Virus record (IMG/VR): IMGVR_UViG_3300035698_022762
Span: 1-64,000 of that record
Strand: one strand, 5' to 3'
Origin: a virus
DNA length: 64,000 bases
Below the pieces are notes generated by a model. The model worked only from the letters and a program-made list of their open reading frames with translations, did not search any database and was not told the DNA's origin. A program made the position numbers and the translations under genes. Below, piece after piece: positions 20,108 through 29,347 of this stretch (positions are counted from its first letter, which is position 1; each line of letters opens with the position of its first letter).

Positions 20108-22395
20108 CTGTTACAAATTATCCAAACCAAATAGATAGCAATGATAACCTATATGAGACACATGACGCTTTAAGGGTTCGTTTATTAGAGGATTATTCTC
20201 CGGGTGATGTGTCTATCAGTATAGAAGGCAATAACTCTAATTTTCCTAGTGCCGGTATTATTACGCTAACCGAACAAAATAGCGATATTGACAAAAGAGC
20301 ATTGAGTTTTACTTATACAGGAAAAACAGATTCATCCTTTACAGGGTTAGAATTGCTGCCTAATTTTACAGACGTAGTTAAATTTAAAACCATAACCAAT
20401 ATAACGCAAAATGTTATGGCTGAACACCACAACATTCTAAAAGATGCTCTTATTGCAATAGAAGACTTTATAGGAGTTAAAGGTACCATCGATTTAGTAC
20501 CGGGCGGGGCAACACTGGAAGGTAGAATAAATTTTCTTAGAAAAATGGTTCTGACTCCTAGAGCGTGGTTTACTTCTGATAAAAAAATCGGGATCATCCC
20601 TTTAGAAGTTGTATTCACAGATAAATCTATTAGGTTAGGTGAAGGTGATGTAACATACATATGGGATTTTGGTGATCAAACTGCATCTAATGTTTCTGTA
20701 TATTCTACTATTGAAGCTTACAGCGTAGTACCAACAGAAAGTCCAAACTTTATCGTAAAAGATTTAGACGGTGGATCAATTAAGAAAAGATTTGACAGAC
20801 CCGGAGTTTACGATGTCTCTCTAAATGTAAAAAATCAATACGGTGAAGATACAGTCGAATTCAAAAGTATGATTGAGGCAAGAGTAGAAGCCCCAAATGA
20901 AGCACAAATAGATATCACAGCAAAATCTAGCCAAATTGTGTCTTCGGGAGATACTTCACCTGTTTTCGATAGATTAGGAACGAAAGCTGGTGGTCCTTTT
21001 GCAACGCCGCCTACTATTAGATCGAAAACTAATACCTTTATCGATCTAGAAGTCCCTGTAGGGACTCTCGTGGCAGGTACAACGGGTTTTCCCGGAAGGT
21101 CTTATTCAGGAGAGCTATACAGCACAGACGACGGCACAACGCCATTAGACCCTATAGAATCTTATACATGGTCTTTGAGTGATGACTTGGCTCATGGCAC
21201 TTCCAATGCAGCTAGAGCCTCTTATTCAATTGGCGGAATCTACGACATAAAACTAAGAGCAGATACGTCATTTGGTTCTTATAGAATTACCACATATGAG
21301 AACAGTATAGACATAATAGAAAATAGAAATTTATGGTTGTTTAACTACGCCACCACATCAACCATAAAAGGTCACGAATTTGGTCTTAATAGTGAAACAT
21401 TTAAAACTGCTGATAAGACTCAAGTATTGAGTAGAGATGATAGCTTCCTAGATGGAACTGGTGATGAAACTAGAGCGAAAAGAGAATTTGAGAGAAATAC
21501 TGGATTTGCAGTTAGAGGAACTACTAATTCAGGAAACAAAGGCACTTCTATTATGACATGGGCAGAAGGGGGTTCTACACTTTCATCACAGACAACGGCT
21601 TTGATAGAGTACGAAGGATTTAGCGATATCGTCACCGAGCATAATACAGAAGCAAACAATTTGTCAAGACCTTGGAATTGGGCTTTTTTAAGTTCGGGAG
21701 AAAAAGCATATTATGTTTTAGGTCCAGACGAAAACGAACCTTCTAATGAAAATCCTATAAATGAAACTAAACATACATTAAATCTATCTTCCAGTTTCAC
21801 AGTAACAAGCACACAACTTAAAATAGACAATTATAAAAACGGTGCGGAAGAAATAAGGGACAATATTACAGAAAATTATGTTGCAGGCGAGCCTACTACT
21901 GGAAGATTTTCTGTGTATAGAACCGCATGGAAAGATCAATCCGGTTATATTTTAAGAAACAGTGGCGTTGGAGATTTTTTCCGATTAAGAAACTTCTACA
22001 AAACAGAAGGTACTGTAGTGGAGCCTTTTGTCAATATTACAAAATTAACAGATATGCCGGGAGTAACAAAAAAAGAAGGACAGTTGGTTGCATTGGTGAA
22101 TGGATTGTTTTTCTTTAATAACTCTGGAAGTGTTTCGGCTTTTAACGATACATCTATGTCATGGGAAACAGGAACAGTGTCTGCAATTGCTTTTAGAGGG
22201 GTGCAAAATACTTCAACATCCAATTTTGATAATGAAGAAAACACTTTACTAGCTGCTAGTGACAATGAACGAACAGCTTATTTAAGTTTCGATTACAATA
22301 CGAGTGTGTTTATAAAGTACAACGGAACAGATAATACTTTTTCAAGTATAGGAACTAGACCAACAGGAACGCAATTTATTATGGGAGTGTATTAA
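20104..22395 (+). CDS. PKD-domain virion protein (paralogue 2)
   Basis: YIWDFGD, PGVYDVSLNVKN; VMAEHHNILKDALIAIE. Confidence 0.75.
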   Translation: MTVTNYPNQIDSNDNLYETHDALRVRLLEDYSPGDVSISIEGNNSNFPSAGIITLTEQNSDIDKRALSFTYTGKTDSSFTGLELLPNFTDVVKFKTITNITQNVMAEHHNILKDALIAIEDFIGVKGTIDLVPGGATLEGRINFLRKMVLTPRAWFTSDKKIGIIPLEVVFTDKSIRLGEGDVTYIWDFGDQTASNVSVYSTIEAYSVVPTESPNFIVKDLDGGSIKKRFDRPGVYDVSLNVKNQYGEDTVEFKSMIEARVEAPNEAQIDITAKSSQIVSSGDTSPVFDRLGTKAGGPFATPPTIRSKTNTFIDLEVPVGTLVAGTTGFPGRSYSGELYSTDDGTTPLDPIESYTWSLSDDLAHGTSNAARASYSIGGIYDIKLRADTSFGSYRITTYENSIDIIENRNLWLFNYATTSTIKGHEFGLNSETFKTADKTQVLSRDDSFLDGTGDETRAKREFERNTGFAVRGTTNSGNKGTSIMTWAEGGSTLSSQTTALIEYEGFSDIVTEHNTEANNLSRPWNWAFLSSGEKAYYVLGPDENEPSNENPINETKHTLNLSSSFTVTSTQLKIDNYKNGAEEIRDNITENYVAGEPTTGRFSVYRTAWKDQSGYILRNSGVGDFFRLRNFYKTEGTVVEPFVNITKLTDMPGVTKKEGQLVALVNGLFFFNNSGSVSAFNDTSMSWETGTVSAIAFRGVQNTSTSNFDNEENTLLAASDNERTAYLSFDYNTSVFIKYNGTDNTFSSIGTRPTGTQFIMGVY

Positions 22396-22403
22396 ATAGA
22401 TAT

Positions 22404-25040
22404 ATGGCAGTTGCATTTCCACCTATTGTTTCTTTTCCTTTAGCTATCGACACTGACAGAACGCTATACCTCGTGTATAACACATCAGAAGCCAAACTAA
22501 CACAAGCGAACGACCCTTGGGCGGAAGAAATAGCAATTACACCAGTTGCAAGCGATGCGGCAGAACAATGGAGCGAAAATGGTTTTGCTAATTTAGACGG
22601 GGAGCTTTTTTATTACGACTCTGTTGATAAAGATTCAAATGGAAAAATTGATACTCTAAAACAATGTGCTAGAAATTTAGGTGGCACAAAAACTCATTAT
22701 AACGCATCGGATAAAATAGTTAGAGGATTTGTTGTAGCAGAGCATCACAATCAACTAGCTGACGCTGTAATAAATATAGAACAATTTATCGGAGAAACGT
22801 CATCTATAAACGAAAACACTTTAGATTGGCGTATCAGAAATCTAGAAGAAGAAACAGTTTGCATAGACGATATTGGATGTCCAGATGTTATTTTCAGATT
22901 TGAAGAAGACACTGTTGAATCCAATAATTGCGAAGGAACAGTGATTAGATATGAAGCTACTATTACTGGCTCTTTTAATTTTTTCAGAATAGATTTTGGA
23001 GATGGAAATTTCACAACTACTGAACAAATTGGCACACATAAATATGGCGTAAATTCTACTATTGATCCGATTATAACTATTTCTAATGATAAGTGTCAAG
23101 TTATACAAACACCCATTGTTAGAGAAAATTCAGAAGAACCACAAATTCCTGCGGAACAAGAAGAATTTAGCATACCTATACCAGCATTGCCAGATTTTGC
23201 TCCTGTAGTTATACCAGAATTACAAATACCAGAAACTACATTTACTACGCCTCCAATAATTACACCTTGTTTGGACATAGGATTAACAGGACCAATTGAA
23301 ATTCCAACAAAAATAGATATTGTACCACCTATTCCTAGTTTGATTACTTTGTTGCCTACAATTCCTAGTACTATTACTATAATTGACAATATTCCTTCAT
23401 TAATTTCAATAGACGGGCCTGACATCCCTTCATCTATCTCAATTAATGATCCCAATATTCCTTCGCTTATTTCAATTAGTGATCTAAACATCCCTTCTGT
23501 AATAAGCATAGATCATGATATTCCGATATCGATTGACGTTATTGCTGATATTCCTTCAACTATATCTTTGATTACGCCAGATCAAATATCCTTGATTGGA
23601 TCAGTTATATCGGTCGAATCATTGATCATACCAGATATCCCAAATATATCTCTGATTGTGCCGACCATAGATGATATATCTTTAATTGTTCCTGCAATTA
23701 ATGACATATCATTGATAGTTCCTATTATCAGTGATATATCAATAATTCCTCCTATACTCAGTGATATATCAATTATTGCTCCTGTCATTAACGACATATC
23801 AATAGTTGCACCAACCATCAATGATATATCATTAATAGTTCCAGAATTTGGTGATATATCGTTGATAGTCCCTACGATTCCAGACATAAACGTTTCTATT
23901 CCTGCTTTTAATGATATTTCTCTTATAGTCCCATCGTTTGAAGACATTTCCTTGGTAGTGCCTGTGATGTCCAATATATCTTTAATAGCAAATATATCAT
24001 CTATAGATTTAGATAGTAGCGGCTTGCCGTCTGAAATATCTCTTATAAACGCTCTTGGATTGTCTGAAATTTCGATTGTGCATAGTATTCCATCAGTGAT
24101 TTCAGTTTCTGGTGATACTATAGATTTAGATACAAGTAGTCTGCCATCTGAAATATCTCTTATAGATGCAACAGATTTATCAATCATTAGTTTAATAGAT
24201 GCAACAGAACTTTCTGTTATCAGTTTGATAAACGCAACAGATTTGTCAACTATTAATTTGGTGGACGCTACTGAACTTTCTGTTGTTAGTTTAATAAATT
24301 CAACTGGTTTGTCTTCAATAAGCATTGATTGGTCCCCTGTGCCAGAAGTATCTGTTGAGTGGGGAACTCCACCCACTTTGTCTTGTGTGGTGACTGTAAG
24401 TTGTTCTGGTGCGTCGGCATTAAAAAATAATGCTAAAGGACTTTCTAAATCCCAAAGAGTCAATTCTTTGATGAATGACGAAGAATTTATAGATACGTTG
24501 TTTGACGAAGAAGCAATACAAGTAGAGTTTGCAGATATGCCAATTCCTTCTGAAATCAAGGTCGTAGTACCAGAGTTTGATACCATAGAAGTGGTGCATG
24601 ACATACCTACAGAAATAATAATAAACGCTAGTGCTATTCCTAGTGTAATAGAATTAAGGTCAACAATAAACATTCCAGAAGAAATAATGTTGACTCACTC
24701 ATTGCCTGAGTACATTGAGTTGAAAAACGATTTGCCAAAATCTATTGAACTTGACACGTCTGGATTACCAGACACAATATTATTAGAATTGATTAATACA
24801 ATTCCATCGCAAATAGAAATTATTGGAATGGTCAATGAAATCAAAGTAACAGGCATTCCTTCTACCATTGAATTAAACGGTACTCTGCCATCGGTTATCG
24901 ACATTAATGTTCCAGATGGTTTGGAAATACCTTTAGTTTATAAAGGTTCACCAATTCCAATAAAATTTGACGAAAATGCATTTAAAAATGAAGATGGTGA
25001 AGATTTACCATGCTTCGCTATTATACCTTGCAAAAGATGA
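22404..25040 (+). CDS. Virion protein (paralogue 3) with PKD-like unit and Ile/Pro/Ser-rich repeats
   Basis: VVAEHHNQLADAVINIE, IDFGDG; long tandem 11-aa repeats. Confidence 0.7.
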   Translation: MAVAFPPIVSFPLAIDTDRTLYLVYNTSEAKLTQANDPWAEEIAITPVASDAAEQWSENGFANLDGELFYYDSVDKDSNGKIDTLKQCARNLGGTKTHYNASDKIVRGFVVAEHHNQLADAVINIEQFIGETSSINENTLDWRIRNLEEETVCIDDIGCPDVIFRFEEDTVESNNCEGTVIRYEATITGSFNFFRIDFGDGNFTTTEQIGTHKYGVNSTIDPIITISNDKCQVIQTPIVRENSEEPQIPAEQEEFSIPIPALPDFAPVVIPELQIPETTFTTPPIITPCLDIGLTGPIEIPTKIDIVPPIPSLITLLPTIPSTITIIDNIPSLISIDGPDIPSSISINDPNIPSLISISDLNIPSVISIDHDIPISIDVIADIPSTISLITPDQISLIGSVISVESLIIPDIPNISLIVPTIDDISLIVPAINDISLIVPIISDISIIPPILSDISIIAPVINDISIVAPTINDISLIVPEFGDISLIVPTIPDINVSIPAFNDISLIVPSFEDISLVVPVMSNISLIANISSIDLDSSGLPSEISLINALGLSEISIVHSIPSVISVSGDTIDLDTSSLPSEISLIDATDLSIISLIDATELSVISLINATDLSTINLVDATELSVVSLINSTGLSSISIDWSPVPEVSVEWGTPPTLSCVVTVSCSGASALKNNAKGLSKSQRVNSLMNDEEFIDTLFDEEAIQVEFADMPIPSEIKVVVPEFDTIEVVHDIPTEIIINASAIPSVIELRSTINIPEEIMLTHSLPEYIELKNDLPKSIELDTSGLPDTILLELINTIPSQIEIIGMVNEIKVTGIPSTIELNGTLPSVIDINVPDGLEIPLVYKGSPIPIKFDENAFKNEDGEDLPCFAIIPCKR
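23320..24320 (+). repeat. Degenerate 33-bp (11-aa) coding tandem repeats
   Basis: Three successive repeat classes: IPSLISID-type, DISLIVPTI(N/S)-type (~12 copies, gatatatc recurring) and DATELSVISLI-type. Confidence 0.85.
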
Positions 25041-25912
25041 TAATAAAAAAACATTCAAACAGAAACGATTATTTGCTAGCAAATGATACTTGGGTGCGAG
25101 ATTTCACAAAGGAATCTGTGCCATTTATAGATTTAAATAAAAACCTAATCCCTTCTGATGATTTTCAATTGGTTTACAAAAATGAATTTAAAAATAATAA
25201 AGAAAAATATCCTAATTTTGATACAGAAAATTTTTATTATAAAAATATTTTAATAGTATCAGACGGATTTGATTTTAAAAACAAACATAAAGTTTTATCG
25301 TCTCTACCATCTGATGTGAAAGTTTTAGCTGTAAACAATGCGCTTAAATATTGGGAGTTAGTTGGAGACAATTGTCCCGAAGAAGAAAAAAAAGCAATAT
25401 TGTTTTATATAGTGAACAATCCTTATGAAGAATGCAATAATTTTTTTCCTTTGAAGAATCGTTATTGGCCTAGATGTATAGCATCTACCAGAACAAACCA
25501 TTCTTTTTTGAAAAATTATAAAAACAACAAATACATTTATTCTCCAATCAACACTTCAAGCTATTCTGGCCCTAATGTTTCATATAATCACAAAATAGAC
25601 GATTATAGAAATCCCATATGTGCAGCTATATCTATCGCATATTATTTTGGAGTCGAAAATTTATTTTTGTTTGGTTGTGATAATTGTTTTACAGAAAACA
25701 GACCTTATAGTGAGGAAACCATAAATGGTTTTAGAAGCTATCCGCAACAAATAAAGTCTTATAATTTGATAGATGCAAATTTATATTGGATGAAAAATAA
25801 AAAAATTAATATAGGATATCATAGTTCTGGAATTAAGTTTGAAAATGCTTCATATATAAATTTAGAAGACATAAACACATTCTTTAAGGAAAGAAAAGAT
25901 GATATCGGTTAG
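25037..25912 (+). CDS. MAF_flag10/CstII-type (sugar transferase-like) Rossmann protein
   Basis: ILIVSDG, VLAVNNA, ICAAISIAYYFGVENLFLFGCD resemble Maf/MptE/sialyltransferase-like motifs; ATG 25037 overlaps the previous stop (ATGA). Confidence 0.5.
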   Translation: MIIKKHSNRNDYLLANDTWVRDFTKESVPFIDLNKNLIPSDDFQLVYKNEFKNNKEKYPNFDTENFYYKNILIVSDGFDFKNKHKVLSSLPSDVKVLAVNNALKYWELVGDNCPEEEKKAILFYIVNNPYEECNNFFPLKNRYWPRCIASTRTNHSFLKNYKNNKYIYSPINTSSYSGPNVSYNHKIDDYRNPICAAISIAYYFGVENLFLFGCDNCFTENRPYSEETINGFRSYPQQIKSYNLIDANLYWMKNKKINIGYHSSGIKFENASYINLEDINTFFKERKDDIG

Positions 25913-26192
25913 CAATTTTAGAAAATGGATGAATGAAAACAGGGACGAAGATTACAACCTTACTTTAAAAAAGCCTAAAAGTAATTTAATAGGACTAGAA
26001 GTTGAATCTAAACTTGATAGAAGCAAATTAGTAGAGAAGTTGTCTATGAAAGAAGGAACAGATTCCGATTTAATAGCGGAAGACTTCTGTGAAAACAACG
26101 GCAAAATAATTGAAGTTATAGACAAAACTTTTTTAATCGAAGTCGATAGTGGCGTATTTAGCATCAAACGATGTCATGTTAGAAAAGCTTAA
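25899..26192 (+). CDS. Hypothetical protein (possible head-targeted protein)
   Basis: 97 aa, N-terminal FRKWMNE. Confidence 0.6.
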   Translation: MISVSNFRKWMNENRDEDYNLTLKKPKSNLIGLEVESKLDRSKLVEKLSMKEGTDSDLIAEDFCENNGKIIEVIDKTFLIEVDSGVFSIKRCHVRKA

Positions 26193-26566
26193 TTTTTACG
26201 TCTTATCATTGTTTTCTTTTGGTCTTTTTTTAAATCTATTTTTGGATTATCTATATCTGATTTGTTTTTGACAAACTTTTGTTTAGAAAACTTATACTTA
26301 TTACCTGAATGTAAAGGCAAATTTCTATAGCCACGTTTTTTCAAAGAATCAACTAGATCATTGTAAGATTCCGCACCTTCAAACCACGGCTCCCACAACA
26401 TGCGATTATCATATATTTCTTTTTCTATAGGTTTTTCAAGATGTTCTGGCAGATTAAGTGTAGACAAATCATTTATTTTTGTTGCTGGAAATTCCTTCCC
26501 CGGAAACGTCGTTAGAACTTTGATCCCCTTTTTGTCCCTTTTTGCCAGATAAAGATAATACTTCAT
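26189..26566 (-). CDS. Hypothetical protein
   Basis: ATG at 26566 (MKYYLYLAKR); stop overlaps the convergent gene (TTAA). Confidence 0.65.
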   Translation of the reverse strand: MKYYLYLAKRDKKGIKVLTTFPGKEFPATKINDLSTLNLPEHLEKPIEKEIYDNRMLWEPWFEGAESYNDLVDSLKKRGYRNLPLHSGNKYKFSKQKFVKNKSDIDNPKIDLKKDQKKTMIRRKN

Positions 26567-26717
26567 TTTTTTCAAATTTTCCTTCAAAAATAATTTTAAA
26601 TGCTTCTTCTAAAACTAATTTAGTACAGTCGTCCCAATTGCCAAATTGATTACAAAAATCAACTAACGATTGTTTGCCTTTTTGAATATCGGTTTTACTT
26701 AAATTATTATTAGTCAT

Positions 26718-27323
26718 ATGCCAATCCCCTTAACACAATATATTAAAATAAAAGACAAGTATTGCATCACATACAGTGGAAGTTGTAACGAATACGTGCT
26801 TCTTTTAAAGTATTTACGTCCTTCAATGAATAAAGAATTTGAAACCGTAGACATTTGGCTGCATTGCCAAGAAGATTCATATGAATATCTGAAAGATGAA
26901 AAACAGACGACAAAACATTTAAACGAAAAAGAATTTGCATTTGTCAGAAAAATAAAAGGCAATTTGAAAGAACACCCTGTACAAAAACTAATAAAGGAAT
27001 CTTCCATAAAGATACTGCCATTAAAAAACACTCCTGATGAAAACAATAAAACTTTTTACATTTCCAAACACGGAATATTGCCCACTAGATCGTTAAATGA
27101 AACTGAAATTAAAAAAATAAAACAGTTCGCTAGCGATAATGGATATAAAGAAATACAAAATTATAAAAATGCAGGATGGATTATAGGTGTAGAAAATGAA
27201 GAAATAATAAAAGGTTACATTAACAATAGCAAAATCTCATTAATTCCAACAGGGGTAGGTACTGATTTATACAAAGAATTGTTTTACAATTTAGAAATTT
27301 TTCCAATTGCAAAAAACATTTAA
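26718..27323 (+). CDS. Hypothetical protein, possibly degenerate GT-B (GT9-like) fold
   Basis: FYISKHGILPTRSL and AGWIIGVENE..ISLIP echo GT9 C-domain motifs. Confidence 0.35.
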   Translation: MPIPLTQYIKIKDKYCITYSGSCNEYVLLLKYLRPSMNKEFETVDIWLHCQEDSYEYLKDEKQTTKHLNEKEFAFVRKIKGNLKEHPVQKLIKESSIKILPLKNTPDENNKTFYISKHGILPTRSLNETEIKKIKQFASDNGYKEIQNYKNAGWIIGVENEEIIKGYINNSKISLIPTGVGTDLYKELFYNLEIFPIAKNI

Positions 27324-27384
27324 ATATATACACGTATATAAAATTGAAGGCAAGACACAAAAACACCTTTAATTAGGAGATATA

Positions 27385-28020
27385 ATGAGCGTATTTAAAG
27401 TAAAATTGAACAACAACAGCCAAGGGCAACTGGATCGTAATCCATCCACTGCCAGCGCAGGCAATCTAGGCGATCAATTTGGCACAAGTAAACAACGTAC
27501 TGTTTACATTCTAGGCCCAAATAGAGTAAATCGTCTTTTGAGCGATGGTGAAACCTTTACCGATTGTAACTATTGGAAAAGATACGCACCCATTTCAGAA
27601 GGTGGTCAATCCACTGATGAAAATGCGATTTTGACTATTGTTAGCGACGATGGAAGTGTTTATTCTGATAACGTGGCCGAAAACACTTATCCAGTTGTTT
27701 GGCTCCCAAGCACTGATGGTATTGTCACGGCTGGCGAAACCTATAGTGATACTGGTATGTCGCTAGACATTGTGACCACTTATGGTGGACATGCTGTTTT
27801 CTGCGAAATACAGAACTTGGACACCACTAGTGGTGCAGACATTAGCGTAAGACTCAACGGTTCTACAGACGCTACTTTCACCGTTGTGGCTAACTCTACT
27901 CAAGTATTCAACGCAGGCGACTTGACGATTTCTTCAATCGCTATAAGTAACCCAAACTCTGGTGTTACTGTTGATAAGGTTCAAGTTATTCTTTCGGTAA
28001 AATCTATCTGCAATAGCTAA
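27385..28020 (+). CDS. Putative highly expressed virion protein
   Basis: Strong AGGAGA RBS, codon style resembling the capsid gene (cgt, aac, gct), own terminator; beta-rich S/T/G composition. Confidence 0.6.
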   Translation: MSVFKVKLNNNSQGQLDRNPSTASAGNLGDQFGTSKQRTVYILGPNRVNRLLSDGETFTDCNYWKRYAPISEGGQSTDENAILTIVSDDGSVYSDNVAENTYPVVWLPSTDGIVTAGETYSDTGMSLDIVTTYGGHAVFCEIQNLDTTSGADISVRLNGSTDATFTVVANSTQVFNAGDLTISSIAISNPNSGVTVDKVQVILSVKSICNS

Positions 28021-28048
28021 TAGTTTTATCAAAGTTCAATGATGATTT

Positions 28049-28082
28049 AAAAGCAAGCCTCAATTGAGGCTTGCTTTTTTTT
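28049..28082 (+). terminator. Rho-independent terminator
   Basis: aaaagcaagcctc-aatt-gaggcttgc followed by T8. Confidence 0.9.
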
Positions 28083-28096
28083 AACTATAATAAATC

Positions 28097-29068
28097 ATGC
28101 TAAACAAATTTGTAAAATTAGGTCTAGAAAAACCTGTATTCTCTTTAAAAGATTTTGAAAAGAACAAAAATAAAATACTAATTGTTCGCAATGCAGGTGG
28201 TGTTGGCGATATTTTAATGCACATGATGATGTTTAAAGATTTTAAAAGAATAATGCCAGAAGCTAAAATAGTTTTTGCGTGTCCAAGTAGGTATCATGAA
28301 CTGGTTCGTGGGCATCCATATGTAGACGAATTAATAGAATCTAGAAAAATAGAATTTAAAGATTACATTAATCATTACGATACGACATCTGCTTGTACAA
28401 GACATGAAATAAAAGTTTCACCATTAGCAGACAAAAACAGAAGTGATATTTGGGCCAATCATTGTGGTGTAGAAATAACAGATCACAACATGCATATTAA
28501 CATTTCTGATGAAATGAAAAATTTTGGTGTGGAACAAATAAAAAAAATAAACAAAGAAAACAAACCTTCTGTTGTCATATGTCCGATTTCAGCCATGAAG
28601 TGCAAGAATTTATTGAAACATCATATGGAAGGATTGGTAGACTTTTTAAACAAAAATGATCTTTTTGCCTTTTATACGCATCTAAGACCTATAAATGAAT
28701 TAGATGATTTAAAAGTGCCGGGGATTTTTGGAGTACGATTGAAACAATGGGCAGGGGTCATTAATGCTGCTGATTATGTGATTGCTGTAGATACAGGTGC
28801 GTTTCATCTAGCAGGGGGATTGGGAAAACCTTTAACTGGAATATTTTCATTTGCGGATGGGAAAGTATATGGGAAATATTATGATTTTGAATTAGTACAA
28901 AAGCATAGAGATAATGGGGATTGGGATTGCGGACCTTGTTACAATTGGGAAAATTGCCCAAAATCTAATTCTAATCCAAAACCTTGTATAACCGAACTCA
29001 CAATAGAAATGATTACAGATGGAGTTTCTAAAATGTTAAAAAAACATGGCAAGCAAGTTTTAAAATAG
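28097..29068 (+). CDS. Glycosyltransferase family 9 (heptosyltransferase WaaF/WaaC-like)
   Basis: ILIVRNAGGVGDILM, HPYVDE, ADYVIAVDTGAFHLAGGLGKPLTGIF, C-terminal CGPC..CP..C. Confidence 0.88.
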   Translation: MLNKFVKLGLEKPVFSLKDFEKNKNKILIVRNAGGVGDILMHMMMFKDFKRIMPEAKIVFACPSRYHELVRGHPYVDELIESRKIEFKDYINHYDTTSACTRHEIKVSPLADKNRSDIWANHCGVEITDHNMHINISDEMKNFGVEQIKKINKENKPSVVICPISAMKCKNLLKHHMEGLVDFLNKNDLFAFYTHLRPINELDDLKVPGIFGVRLKQWAGVINAADYVIAVDTGAFHLAGGLGKPLTGIFSFADGKVYGKYYDFELVQKHRDNGDWDCGPCYNWENCPKSNSNPKPCITELTIEMITDGVSKMLKKHGKQVLK

Positions 29069-29100
29069 AATTTGCTTACTAGTTTAGCATAGATAATTAA

Positions 29101-29346
29101 ATGGTAGCTTTTAAAAAAAATGCAGGCGTTGTTACAAAAAATGGTGAATGTAATATTACCATTCAATTAGATTTAAATATAAATCTAACTAGCGATGGTA
29201 TAAACATAGCAGTAAGCGGACAAGAAGCGAAAAACAAAAACCAGCAGCAAATTCAAATTGAAAAAGAAGATGATGATGAAACTGGTTTTGTTGTTCCCGA
29301 TTTTAAAGCTTCTAAAGATAAAATAAAGTTTGGAAAGGATGAATAG
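29101..29346 (+). CDS. Hypothetical protein
   Basis: 81-aa ORF immediately upstream of the actin-like gene. Confidence 0.6.
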   Translation: MVAFKKNAGVVTKNGECNITIQLDLNINLTSDGINIAVSGQEAKNKNQQQIQIEKEDDDETGFVVPDFKASKDKIKFGKDE

Positions 29347-29347
29347 A

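Noticed and set aside
23096-24904. Long minus-strand ORFs (including 363 aa)
   Set aside because: Antisense shadows of the Ile/Ser/Asp repeat gene
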